Assembly (NCBI GenBank): GCA_010909165.1
Contig: MU008167.1
Span: 744,001 to 808,000 of the forward strand
Source of the DNA: Anthoceros angustus
Lineage: Eukaryota > Plantae > Anthocerotophyta
Direction of reading: 5' to 3'
Length of the DNA: 64,000 nucleotides
The position numbers and the translations under genes are program-made. The first letter of the stretch is position 1. Every line of letters begins with the position of its first letter. The notes beneath the pieces are model-generated. The model had not been told where the DNA came from and made no database searches. It saw only the letters and a program-made list of their open reading frames with translations. Of the stretch, positions 45,601 through 60,541 are shown one piece after another.

Positions 45601-48237
45601 TCCTCCGCTCCACAGGCGCGTCCTTTCGCCCTCCTTCTTCTTCCTCGCTTCTTGCCACTCAGGTAGGCGGGGTAGAAGTCTTGGCACCGGCCCGAGGTGC
45701 CGCGTTGGTAGCCGTGGTCTTGCGTCTCTTGGCTCCCTCCAGTCGGGGCTCCTCGGTAGGAGTGGTGGCGGTGGCTGCAGGGGTCGGGGCCGCTTCTGCT
45801 GGGTGCTCTGGTTGGGGCACGGAGGAGGAGGCGGGAATTTCTTCCCATACTTCCACAGGTGGTGAGGGGTCCGTTCGACGTATGGAGTCAGAATCCTCGA
45901 TCGTCCTCCTCCGGGTCCGTTTGGCTTTTGATCGGCCTCCTCCCTCTCGGCGCCCTTGCACTCGCCGGCGGGGCCTCCGGTCCTTTCCGGGCGCTCGCTC
46001 AAGCTCTCCTTCCTTGAGGAGCTCGAAATGCCCCATACATGGATCGGTATGGGGCGGCCCAGAATGGCGAGGCTTCTCGGTCTGAGCTTGCGAGCCTCCA
46101 CAGCTAAGCAGGCGAAGATAATCCTTCCCAGTCCGCCCTCTTCCCCATTGCTAGCATGCGAGAATACCAGCAGTTATCACCAAGGTGATCCACCTTGGTG
46201 AGTAGGTTCGATGGACAATGATCCGGGCTACCGCCCTTACTCGGCATCCAGCGGTCGGATATCGACCAACCGTTGGTGGTCGTTGCGTCGAGCCTCGGCA
46301 TCGCTGCGTGGCGGCCTATCTTCCCTTCGCCTTGAGGGGCTCGGCACCCTCCCCTCTTCCTCCTTTGGGCGGTTGTAGGCGCCTCGGGACCTCAAGGTCC
46401 ATCGCCTTGGTCCTCCGGAGGTTCTTGGACCGCACCTCCTTATTGACCCGCCCCCGGCATTTCGGGCGAACTCCGGACGGTGACACTATCAGCGTCGGAC
46501 CATGGAACACATCCAAATGCCACTCCTGCACCAATTCTCCACCTTCCGGGGCCGGGGCCCAAAGTCCGGATAGCGCGAGTCACAATGTTGCGCTCCACAG
46601 GCGTCGTCCCTACGCCCTCCTTCGCTTCCTCCGCTTCTTGCCACTCAGGTAGGCGGGGTAGAAGTCTTGGCACCGGCCCGAGGTGCAGCGTTGGTGGTCT
46701 TGCGTCTCTTGGCTCCCTCCACAGTGGGGCTCCTCGGTAGGAGTGGTGGCAGTGGCGGTTGGGGTCGGGGCCGCTTCCTGGGTCTGGTTGGGGCACGGAG
46801 GAGGAGGCGGAATTTCTTCCCATACTTCCACAGGTGGTGAGGGGTCCGTTCGACGTATGGGTCGGAATCCTCGATCGTCCTCCTCCGGGTCCGTTTGGCT
46901 TGATCGGCCTCCTCCTCCCTCGGCGCCCTTGCCGCTCCACTTTGCCTCAGTCCTTTCCGGGCGCTCGCTCAAGCTCTCCTTCCTTGAGGAGCTCGAAATG
47001 CCCCCATGGATCGGTATGGGGCGGCCCAGAATGGCGAGGCTTCTCGGTCTGAGCTTGCGAGCCTCTGGCTAAGCCGGGCGAGATAATCCTTCCCAGTCCG
47101 CCCTCTTCCCAGCTGCAGGCGCATGCAGATACCAGCAGTGATTATCACCAAGGTGATCCACCTTGGTGAGTAGGTTCGATGGACAATGATCCGGGCTACC
47201 GCCCTTACTCATTGTCAGGTCGGATATCGACCAACCGTTGGTGGTCAGCTGCGTCCGGCCTCGGCCGTTGCTGGCGGCCCTATCTTCCCTTCGCCTTGAG
47301 GGCTCGGCACCCTCCCCTCTTCCTCCTTTGGGCGGTTGTAGGCGCCTCGGGACCTCAAGGTCCATCGCCTTGGTCCTCCCGAGGTTCTTGGACCGCACCT
47401 CCTTATTGACCTGACGCCCGGCATTTCGGGCGAACTCCGGACCAGAAAGTGACACTATCAAATGTCCGGACCATGGAACACATCCAAATACTCACTGCCT
47501 CACGCTGGGCAGGGGCCCAAAGTCCGGATAGCGCGAGTCACAATGTTGCGCTCCACAAGGTTCCATGGCTCCCAAACTTCCGCAGCTTTTGGGTGCCATC
47601 GCCTTCTCCTCCCTTGGTTCTTTGTAGCCGCTTGGAGAGGCGGCGCGTTCGCCTTCTTCGCGCGTTGGCTCCTCAGCGGTGAGCGGCAGCGGCGTCTGAG
47701 TGTCCCACGAGATACCGCCAGAGAGCCGGATCATGAGCGCAAGAGATCGCGAATTGTCTCGGTGCGGAGGGACCTTCCCGGCCGCTCGCCGGGGTAACGG
47801 CGGGGCGCCTCTTCCACATCCGTAGCGCAGTGCATGCAGCAGCCGACCTTCGCCTCGCCTGCGGCCTTACGCGCGCGTACTACGGCCTTCGCGCGCGATC
47901 CGTGGCGTGAATACCGCTATAACGGCCTCGGCAGGTTCGGTCTGGCGGTGCATGCCGTTCTCCACTCGAGTCACGTGGCGTCGCTGGTCCGTTCCACGGC
48001 TCAACTCACAGTTACTTTCCTGGCGTACTTATCACTGGTCACAGAGTGGGTCCGGACTTATCCCGTTACCGTGGCGCCTACCCTAGTAGGTCCGGGTACG
48101 ATCCTCACTCCGGAGTGCCGTCCGGAGTGCTATCCCTGCTTATTTCCCCCCTTTTTCGCCTCGTTTTATCCTTCATTCCTACAAAAAAACAAAAACCTAC
48201 CTATTTTCTAACCCCCAAGGGAAGTCCGTAGTCCACA
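42642..48237 (-). mobile_element. 5.6-kb TG...CA insertion with 5-bp TSD; solo-LTR-like, carrying a decayed ORF
   Basis: GAGGT at 42637-42641 and 48238-48242; termini TGTGG...CCACA; no internal direct-repeat pair of the ends; no gag/RT/IN motifs recognised; TATA- and AATAAA-like signals on the minus strand near 43250-43280. Confidence 0.8.
45607..47549. repeat. About 984-bp tandem duplication within the 5.6-kb element
   Basis: GCTCCACA boundary at 45607, 46591 and 47550; CTTGCCACTCAGGTAGGCGGGGTAGAAG occurs in both units; copies differ mainly by small indels. Confidence 0.9.
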
Positions 48238-50575
48238 GAGGTATACGAGTATCAAAGGTGTTATGATTGTAAATTATTGGGTAGACTAAATCTACACCGG
48301 CAAATCTTCTATTATTTGCGCTCTTCTATTATATATGTGTACACCATCACACGTGGCAAGTATGCCTAATTCTTAACCCTAATCATACTCTAGATCCTTT
48401 TTCAGCTTATCCTTACACCATTCCGTTACATTGTTAGACCATTTCATTTCGTTACACCATTACATCGTTCCTTAGGGAAGACAACCCAAGATGAAAGTAA
48501 TGCCCAAACTCTCCCTTTGCACAACCTCGAAACAACAGCCAAGCAGACCCACGAGGAACATAGAAAATTAGAGCCCTTAACAAAAAAACCCGTCACCGAG
48601 AAGCACCAGTCTCAAAAAAAGAGAATTACGAATGTGATAAATAAGATGAAGCAACGAGCGGCAACAAACAACGGAGCGGAAACAAAATGGGAACGGAACA
48701 GGATGGACTCGGACCGCGTATGTACAAATGGAACGGATCTTAGGAAAAACAAGCAATAATGCGCAGCCCGTTCGGATAGTCCCTGCGGTGCGGAGCGTGC
48801 TGGTTTCCTTGTGAGAGACCACATGCCCGAGACCTTACCCTATGTAGGTAAATAAGTAAGTAGTCGCGTAGTTGCGAGGCCTTTATCCACAACAAAAACA
48901 AGTGTGAGAGGTGTTTGGACTCCATCTTTGTATTCAACGATTAATTCTAAAATTTATTGCTTAATAAAACCAAACAATACGGAACAACTTATTTTAGCAT
49001 TTTTTCCTATGTTATATTTTATTTCTCCCTCATGTTTTTTAATTTGATTTATCTGTAAATCCCTAGAATTAAATGCAGGACTTTTTCTCTCATTACCCAT
49101 CCATAGTTCTACCTCACTCAATTGTCATCCTGTGCTCTTGCTAGTTGTTGTCTTTTTTTCAAATCCATGAAACAAGGCGGAGTATTTTCTCCATCATTCA
49201 TTAATACGAGGCCGTGGAAATTCAAAAGCCACAAGAAGAAGAAGAATTTTATTTAAGTCCATTAAGGATGAATTTCTGTCATGCGACTTGGTACTTAACA
49301 ACTTGTACCATTGTGTACCTAAGCTACTTGCACCAAGGGCGTCCAGTCCCTTTAGGCACCCCATCTAAGTACCGATCTAACCTCAAGATGCTTAATCACG
49401 ACGTTCTTATAAATGTGTGTCCATTTGGCCTAAGCCATTTGCACATAGTAGTACTACCCAATTCCACTTTTGTTGAAATTGAATTAAGTGTAATTATCAT
49501 TATTTATTTTGATTATATTTTAAATAATATTAAAATAATATAAGTAAATTACATATTACTACCTACCTACCTACCTACCATGGTGGCTGAGTGGCGGGTC
49601 CATGCTGCATGGATCGGGGAGGTTAATGGTTAATTACGAGAGACATTCGGGGCCTAGATACCTACATTTATATTTATTACTACACGTAGAAGACGTGTTT
49701 AGGGAGAAGAAAAATGGAAAACGGGACATGTATACCCCGAGAGGAGGTGGTAGAGGCGAGGCAGGCATGGCTTGCCTTCCGTCAACATCGGGCGCAGTAC
49801 CACACCTCACTCGTAGCACTAGAGTAGCCCATGAGCGAGTTGTTCAACTTGGGTTTGTCCCCGTCTCTCCCTGTTCCTGCTCCTGCGCCTGCTCCCTCCA
49901 GCACTCGCTTTCGGACTCCAGCCCAAGCACGGGCTGTGGCGATGAAGGAGCTTGCTGCTGCTGCTGCTGCTGCTTCTCTTTCCCGCTGATTTGTTAGGGC
50001 TCTTCCGTCGGGAGGAGCGCTGGCGAGGCAGGGAGGAGGGATTGCGTGTGGAAGCAGCACTGATGGAGCCGCTGGGCTGCTCTCTCTGCGGGAGCGGGCC
50101 ACGAAGGAGGGGTAGGTAGGAGGCACGCGCTCCAATGCCCACACCCAATCCCAATTTCAATCCGCCGGAGCACACCGCTCCGGCAGCATAGCGCAGCAAG
50201 TGTAGCCTAGCTTAGCTTAGCGTAGCATGCACCACGCAAGACCTGTCTAGCGAGGAGCTGGGTGCCCACAATCCAGCTGGGTGGCTTCCATGGCGCGGGG
50301 AACGAGGCGAGGAAAGCAGCGGGCGAGGGGTGTTGGGTCTGTCGTTGTTGTCGCAAACGGGGTGGCCTGGCTCGGGGGAAGCAGGCAAATTGTGAAGGAT
50401 CGGAGGCCCCTCCACCGGATGTTGCAGTCTCCCAGCCTCCTGTTGTGGGTGTAGAAGAATTGGTGGTGGGGTGGATGGACAGGTCGCTCCTCAGGCCTAG
50501 CGACTGTCAGCCTCGTCTTCCCTCGTCCCAGGCCCCAGGTTCTGCTGCTGCCCACCACCGCCTGCCAGCCCGCCA

Positions 50576-53500
50576 ATGGGAGGTATGGATTCGGGGATTT
50601 GGGCCCCCGGCGGCAGCATCGATGCTGCTGCTGCCGCCCTCCCGGAGGAGGAGAGCGCACCGGCAGCTGCGCCGGGAATGGATCTTGTGCCATCGCAGTG
50701 GTGTCCCAGGCCTCTGGCGTTTAAATTGTACTCCTCCAGGCTCCGGAGCCGCTTCCAAGCCCGCCGTGCTTCGGGCTTCCGAGGGGTAGTATCGTTCGGG
50801 AGTCATGCTCCAGCTGTATGTTTCTTTCCCTCACCTGCTGCTTTGCTGTGGGCGTGTTGGGCGGAATTCATTCTCCATTCCATCCCTTTCCCTGACTGTA
50901 GATGCATGGCATGGCACGGCACGGCATCGCCCACTGTGTTTGCCTCTTTAGAATCTGGGTGGATGCATAGAATTTGACGGTGTAGGAGGCAACCCTTAAG
51001 TATCTCACACATCAATATCTTTCATACATATAGGAAGAGCCCTTGCTGTTTTGCCTGTTTTCTCGGTACACCTTGGGAAGTAATCTCTATCTTTGCTTTA
51101 GGGCTGCTTCTGCTCAGTTGATAAAGCTATGAGCTTCCTCCCCTGTTCTCGGTCTCATCCCCCAGGGTTCTTCTCTGCATATATATTTACCTTTTGCTGC
51201 TACTCAACTCTTACTTTTTCTCTCAATGGCCCTCTCCCCACACCTGCCACCGCTGTTTCCAGTGCAGCAATGCAAGTTGCGCTGACTGCTTTCTCTTTTT
51301 ACCGTGTGACAGCTGGTTATCAGGCTGACTAGGGATATTATCATGACGTTCCAAAAATGCAACCCAGGTTTCACGTATTCTGAGACATTCAATCCGAAGC
51401 GTTATCTGACTAATCCTTGTGTACCGATGGGAAACAATGGCCTAGATAATTGCAACTCGGAGTTAATTCTGGCTGTCAATGGTGTTCTCATCAACACAGA
51501 GGCCAACCGCAGGTGGTTGTGGATTCTAGGTCGTGTTCTCTTGTAGTTGCTGGTTCAAATCTAGTTCCGGGTAGAAGAAGAGCATTCAGGGTGCCAAAAC
51601 AGCAGCTGTTCCGGTTGTCACTAGAGTTCACCTGGTGTGCCCGGTTTTTGGGGAGCAGGAAGTCAGTCTCACTTGTGGGTGGGCACTGCTTCATGTGTTG
51701 CAGGTATGTTGTCAAAGACATGCTTGGACAGGGCTCTTTCGGCCAAGTTGCAAAATGCTGGTCAGATGATTACCAGGGATATGTTGCTGTCAAAGTTATC
51801 AAGAATCAGCCAGCGTACTCTTATCAAGCTCGAGTTGAGATCGGCATCTGCACCATGGTATACAGAGGCGCAGTGGTTTTGTTTGCATTTGTGTTGATCT
51901 TATTTGTTGCCGAGATTGGAAGGTTTAAATAGATGATGAGAGCGTTCCTCACACCTAGCGCTTAACTGACTCAACCCCAGAGTCAAGTCTGGACTCTGAT
52001 GTGTGGAGGTTTTAGTTTGGTATGCTGTCTCGTGAGGGTTGTCAGTGTTGATCTTGTTACGGGTGATTTCTAAAAGTCTCCTCGCATGCCCTGTGTTTCT
52101 ACTGCCAGCTCAATCGCTTTGATCCTGGTGACCAGCACCACATTGTGCGAATCTTTGACCATTTTTCGTTTCAAGGACACCTGTGCCTGGTGTTCGAGCT
52201 GCTCACCGTCAATTTGTAAGTTCCGCCGGTCAATGTCTATCGTGGTTGTCACACTGTTTCATGATACGAGGTGCTCATGGCTTGCTTTGTGTCATATGTT
52301 CTTCACTAGGTTTGAGCTTTTAAAGCACAACCAGTTTAGAGGGATCTCCCTCAATCTTTTGCGAATCTTCACAAGGCAGGTACTGTGTTGAGCTTTCATA
52401 AATGGTCTCCTTTATTGTAAGATACAGCTGGATGCTTCCTGTGCTAGCAGAGCATGCCCAGCATCACTTCTTGTTAAATGCAGATTCTTGATGCCCTGAC
52501 TGTCCTCCAAGATGCGAGTGTGATACATTGTGATTTGAAACCTGAAAATATTCTCCTTTCAAGAAGGTGTGCTCATCTGCCTCACGCCCACTACAGTTTA
52601 TTCCTCTGCCTCTGCCTGGTAGCTGATGAGTAGTCCTTTTTTCTGAGTAGGTCATTATGATCATAAGCACTTCACTGAGTACTTGCTTCGCTGATCTGAA
52701 GTGGCAGTTTACATGCGGCAGAAGTGAAACTGATTGACTTTGGTTCAGCCTGTAAAGAAGATCGGACTGTGTACTCCTACATCCAGGTACGAGTGGGATG
52801 GACCGGGTAGTGTTGTCAATTGCAACTGAGGCTGCCCAAATGTCATGGTGCGCAGTGTGGAGCATGCCAAATGTCCATTGACTTGTGGCAGTCCCTTTAT
52901 CTGACCTCTGCTCATGTGTTCCTCAACAGAGTCGCTTTTACCGCTCTCCTGAAGTTCTCCTAGGACTTCCGTATCCTACATCTGTTCGTTTTTCTTTTTT
53001 TCAGCATATGATGTTATGTTAGCACAGTTAAGTGTGCATTGCCATCTATCACCTTCACTGCACCTGTACACCAAAGTCCCTGAGGAACCGTGTCAGCCAG
53101 CATTGAGGTTTGCTTCCGTGTGCATGGAGTGCATTGTGGTATTCTCGTGTGTGCCGTTGTTGAACTTGGGTGGTTGGTTTTTGCAATCTTCAAGCCACTC
53201 GCCTTAGAAACTGTCTCTCGTCTGCTCCCTTCACATGTCCATTTTGTGGGGCTGGTCAGCAGGGTGATCTTTCAATGTTGACGAAGTAGGGGAGAGTATA
53301 TCAGGAGACTGTCTTGTGTTTTGTAAGCAGACCTAGGTGGTTGTTCGTGCCAATCTTCAAGCCACTGCCCTTTAGAAACTGTGTGTTTCAGCTCCCTTCA
53401 CATGTTCTTTTGGCTGTGCTGCATCAGCAAGGTTATGGTACAGTGTTGACCAGCAAACAGGATTCCTTGACCTAATGTCAGTTACACAACTGCTATCGAT

Positions 53501-56500
53501 ATGTGGTCTTTGGGGTGCATTGTGGCAGAGCTTTTCTTTGGCTTGCCTTTATTTCCAGGATCATCAGAGCATGATTTGCTTCACCGGATGACGGAGATTC
53601 TTGGGTGACCACTCGGAACTTGCAGTCTCTTGCAGTTCAGACAGGAAACTGGAGGTGTGGCTCAGGACTGACAATTGGTTGTTTTGTTTCGCTGCTTCTG
53701 ATCTTGAAGGTGCAATCCGCCCGATCACCTTCTTAGAAATGCCAAACACACGTCCAAGTTTTTCAAGCATGCCAACGGTCTCGAGGGACCTTCTGCATTC
53801 CAATTTCTCAGCGAGTCTGAATATGAAGCGGTAAGATTCTTCTGAGTTTGCCTTTCCTGTTTGTAGCCACAGATGTGAATTTCCGGTTGCCAAACTTTTT
53901 GCCTATCAATGCTCACATCACTAACTACTGCATTGACAGCGAGAGAAAAAAAAGTCAGGCTCACGAAAGCGGTACTTTCTACACTTAGGGCTGGAGCAGA
54001 TGGTCGTGCAATATACCCTAAGAAAAGGGATGACTCCAGAAGAGATTACAACTGGTTGGGCAGTTTGATCGTTACTCATGATTATTTGGTCATACATCCC
54101 GTCCACAGTGTAAAGGTTTGATTCCAACGTCTAGCCTCTGAAGTGGCCTCTGTTCTTTCTGCAGAAACACAGATGCGGTGTGCCCTTATTGACTTTCTTA
54201 AAGGGCTGCTCGAGTTTGATCCTGTCAAGCGGTGGACGCCTCGACAGGTATCTCACCTTCACTGGGTCTTCTGTTGCTGCAGTGTTTGTGACTCTCACAA
54301 AGAGGAAGCACCGCTTATAATGTGTGCTGATTATAACCTCCACCCCTGGTCTTTATTGGACTGTAACAGTTATTCTGATTCTGGTTCAGGCTTTGCAACA
54401 TCCTTTCCTCACCGAGGAACCATGGTCTGCCAAATTCACACCTTTGCCAGAGACACCTCGAACGGTACTCCAGTGGCAGTGAATACTAGGGACTGAATTT
54501 AGTTTATCAAGGTTTTTGAGTGCATTTCGTGTCAAGTTTTGTTAGTGTCCATCTACACCTAATGAGTTGTGTGTTTTGCAGCCAGTTGCACATGGCCTTT
54601 CAGTGGACCATAATCCAGTCGCGGGGCATTGGTTTGGCATGGGCCTCTCTCCTCAGGTATGAGACTGATGTAGAGGGGATGTCCTCTCTGTATGAGCACT
54701 TCTGCTTTGATGTTTGATTTGGCTGGGAGTGTATTGTCTCTCTAATTTTGTAGAGCTTCTTGCGGGTCATGTATTTGTTGGTCAGTGAACTCATGGATGT
54801 TTCTGAAGCTTAAGTTAGTACAACTTAGTTCTGCAGTATAGGGATGACATTTGCCCATGTTGTGCACGTCTCTCTTGTGTGCAGGTGCAGCCCCTGAATA
54901 CTGGGCCCCAGTTTACCAGTCCACGATATCAAGCATCACTTTCCCATGCAAGCAGCTTTGGCAGTGTAGGTAGTTATGGGAGCTATGATCATGGTGCGCC
55001 AGGAAGTAGCTACGGAAGCTTTAGTGATATGTCAGGCATATTCCCAAATTATCCTACTCCGCCTGTCGCAGTGATAACTGCAGAAAACCCGGGAGCATCT
55101 GCAAGCGCACTACTTGGAATGAGTCCCGATGCATGGGGGAGGATGGGCCCAGGGTCCTTCTCTGGGATTCCTCTGTTTGGACATTCACAATTGGGTTTTA
55201 GTGCCACTTCAGGGAGTGGCTTCAGGCCCATGTCGCTTGGGGCCAGCCCTTCGCAGCCGTTTACGCCCCCTGCTTCTCAACTGGGCTCTCCTGCATCTCC
55301 ATCACATATCTCTCCTGGAAGGTATGGGCCAACGTCTCCAGCACGGTCAAACGCTGGAACTAGTTCCCTAGGCAAGGGCAAAGGAGTTGGAAAACAATTT
55401 CACATGTGGAGAAACCCTAGCTCGAACCAAAATCCAGGCCAAGATTACCGGCAGCGGCATCAAGGCAATGGAAGTGGACCTTGTGAATCGGGCCCTTGTA
55501 GCTCTTCGGATGTTGGAGCACGATCTGGGAGTTACTATCGAGGATCGCCAGCACAGAACTTTTCTTATGCTCTTCCACGGAGGCATAATAGAGGTGTGGG
55601 CCAATTGTCCAACGCTGGTGCCCTTCTTCCCCCTCAATCAAACACTTCTTATGCTCCAGGAACTTTAGGGTCATTACTTGCTTCTCCTGATCGAGGATCA
55701 GAAGGTGGGGAAGATATGTCACCTCCACCAGATCCTGGGGACTGGGAGCCCGATTACAGGTAGTTGTCTGTTCCTGATGGATGCATGCCCAAAAGGTTTG
55801 AGAAATCGGGCATTGATCACAGTATCACTGTGTCCTTCCTGCAACCAAATGCCAAACCCTAACACTTTCTGGTCTCCTGCGTGCAGTGATGAACTCCTTT
55901 TGAGTGAGTCGGCAGATGGCTGTTCTACCTCCACAGGATTCAGTTTGTCAGGAGTAATGGGAAGTGGAGGAGCGCGGCTTGGACCAGGTCCAGGGTTGTT
56001 TTCTGGTCCTGGCCCTGGGCCTGTAAATGCGGAGATGTACCGGCCTGCATTGCAAAGGTTGTTGGTGCAGCCAGATGCCATGTTTGCTCCAGTTGGGAAA
56101 GCAGAGCAGCATCTGCTCTCAGTGAGACCTCCAGATGGGTCCTCGGGTGCCCAGTTTTTGATGAATGGCCATGTCTATCAGCAAGGAGCACTTGGAGGGA
56201 CAACCAATGTTCCAAGGTTTGTAATGGCATGCAATAATTGTCAGGTTTGCCGAAATTACACATCTCATGCAGTCTGCCATTTGAGAACCAATCAATGTGT
56301 ATGTGTTTTGATGTTTTGTAGATCCAGTTCGTTGCATCAGGTTATGCCATTAAGCATGGACAGCAGCCTGCCTCTGCAGCATGGCATGCAGTCAGGGTTT
56401 GCTCGGAACATGCCCAAGCAGCAGAGTTCTCCCAGCAGACTGGGGCAGCATAGACCACACCAGGTTGCAGTACAGATCCCTGTTTCGCCGGAGAACCCAC

Positions 56501-56973
56501 ATCATTTTGGAGACGGGCGCAGTGTTCTTCCAGATAATGTGTTCCTAGGAAGTCCTGGGCACTGGTTAGTAAATTGTTCTCAGGGCTACCCAGCAGCAGG
56601 TCTGGCTGTGGCAAATGGGATTCACTCTCCACAGGGCCTACCCAGCAACTCTCCTCCATCAGGCATCTTCTAAGTTCTGATAGCTGCTCAGTTTTGTATT
56701 TGGGTTTGGATATTCCTGAAAATGTCTGATGATGTCAGTGTTGTCTGCCTGTTCTGCATTCAAATGGAATCATGAGTCTAATGCAATGTGCTTAATGCTT
56801 TGCCTCCTCTCCATAATATTGTGGACGTGCTGAGAATTGGCTCCCTACTTCTATCAATTCGTGTCCCTTACCAACTTGGTGGTGGTGGTGGTGGTGTAGG
56901 GAGGAATGGTCCTCATCCATCATGGCCTCTTCCACCTCCTCCCACTGGCAGAAGGGGGGAGTATAGACGGTAG
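50576..56973 (+). CDS. YAK1: YAK1 dual-specificity (DYRK-family) protein kinase, multi-exon
   Basis: [11 protein letters not shown]; IRLTRDI...FNPKRYLT; [12 protein letters not shown]...VAVKVIKNQ; [11 protein letters not shown]; DFGSAC...[16 protein letters not shown]; [26 protein letters not shown]; DPGDWEPDY; last exon ...[24 protein letters not shown]. Confidence 0.95.
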
Positions 56974-58194
56974 GGGTGGTGACCTCCATTTGTCCCATCT
57001 TTATCACCAGCTTACGGTACTACGGGCATATGATAAGGCTAAGTATACGCCCAGACAGAACTTTCAACTCTCTTGGGAAAAGTCTGCAGCAGGCACATGT
57101 TTTGCGGCAGGGGCACCTTTGAGCGCCAAGGCATATTTCTATGATTTGCCTCCTACTCTGGGTGTCAAGTGTGCATGGAAGCACAGCCCCAGTGTGAAGA
57201 GCTACAAGATCTATCATGGTTGTGACCTTCGTTAGCTGAGGAGCTGCAGATGACGAGCTTCTATTGACCACCGTTTTTTATTCCATTGTTACAGAAATTA
57301 CAGCGGGTCTGCTGCTTTAGTCCGCCTGCTTTGTCACGTCCATGCCTTTTTGGTTCTCCACGCCCTCACAGGCTTTCTTTGTTCCTACACATGGGCTGGT
57401 TGGTGGCAACCTGGAATTCATATCCTTGACTGCCGGGTTGCAAGATGCATTTGTCATTTGAGCAGTCTGTGGCCAAAAAACATCGTATGTATACTTCCAC
57501 CAGCATGGACACCCAAACAAAGTGGAGATCGGAACTGGTAAGTTTTATTGCTGGGCGGAAACTTCATGTGAGCATTGGTGCACCTTTAGTGTATCCTATG
57601 ACTGGATTCGTTGGAGAGCGACCAGGATCTGTTACACTTTCAATACGTTGATGTTGAAGCGTTGAGGTGTCAACTCCCTTGGATTAACAACATCTAGGGA
57701 GGCTGTGTAGGGTAAAATTATCGTTGGTGGTGATAGTGTGCATTTTCTGTGCTGTTGTAACTTCTAGCATGAATTTCCAGCTTCAACTCCGCCCCAACAA
57801 ACTCCATGTTAGTGACATTATTGTCGTCTTCATTGCAGGAAATTTCAATAGAAATTTACGTGATTATTGACGCTTTGCCCATTACAGCGCCTTGGAAAGT
57901 GGAAGCTGCTGATGGATAACTCCTTGTCCTGACAGTTGTTAGTGAGCCTCTGGAGTCGATCCGGCAGCTGCTCCTGTTGCCAATCAAATCGGACGTCTTG
58001 AATTAGACCTGTCATCCAGAATCGATCCAACACGTATACGCTCACTTGGTAGGGTTTTGATGATAGGTCGGTTCTCAACGTTAGTTAGTGTATCAATTTC
58101 TGCGGAAGAGTTTTAATATTTCCGGAGTTGCTATCACCCCAATTGAAAATAAAGCATCTTTCTTGCTCTGTGTTGCCATTGAAGACCGTAGTGC

Positions 58195-60267
<2,073 letters not shown>

Positions 60268-60541
60268 CGTGCGCTGCCTTGGAAGTCACCAATTTGCCAA
60301 CGGAAGATGTGGGCACGAGGGGGCCGAAATGGGCAGGAAGGGAGTTGGCCGACTCTGTACAAGACGTTCCCCTTTTAAATCATGCAGCGTTACACTTGTC
60401 TATCCGGCACAAATTCCATGACCTGGCAGAGATCCTTACCGAGATTGGAGCTAGCTAGCTCAAAACTTTACAGCTACAGCTAAATTGCTAACAAGGTGCG
60501 GCCTGAGGCAATGTCCCTCTCCCCTCATTACTGATAAGAGA

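Noticed and set aside
44682-46085. 467-aa plus-strand ORF
   Set aside because: Ser/Leu/Pro/Arg-rich shadow of the GC-rich, repetitive minus-strand ORF; no domain.
53184-53450. Duplicated approximately 100-bp intronic segment as snoRNAs
   Set aside because: No C/D or H/ACA box arrangement evident; probably a local intron duplication.
56906-57235. Separate small gene after YAK1
   Set aside because: Overlaps the YAK1 last exon and 3' UTR in another frame; no recognisable domain.
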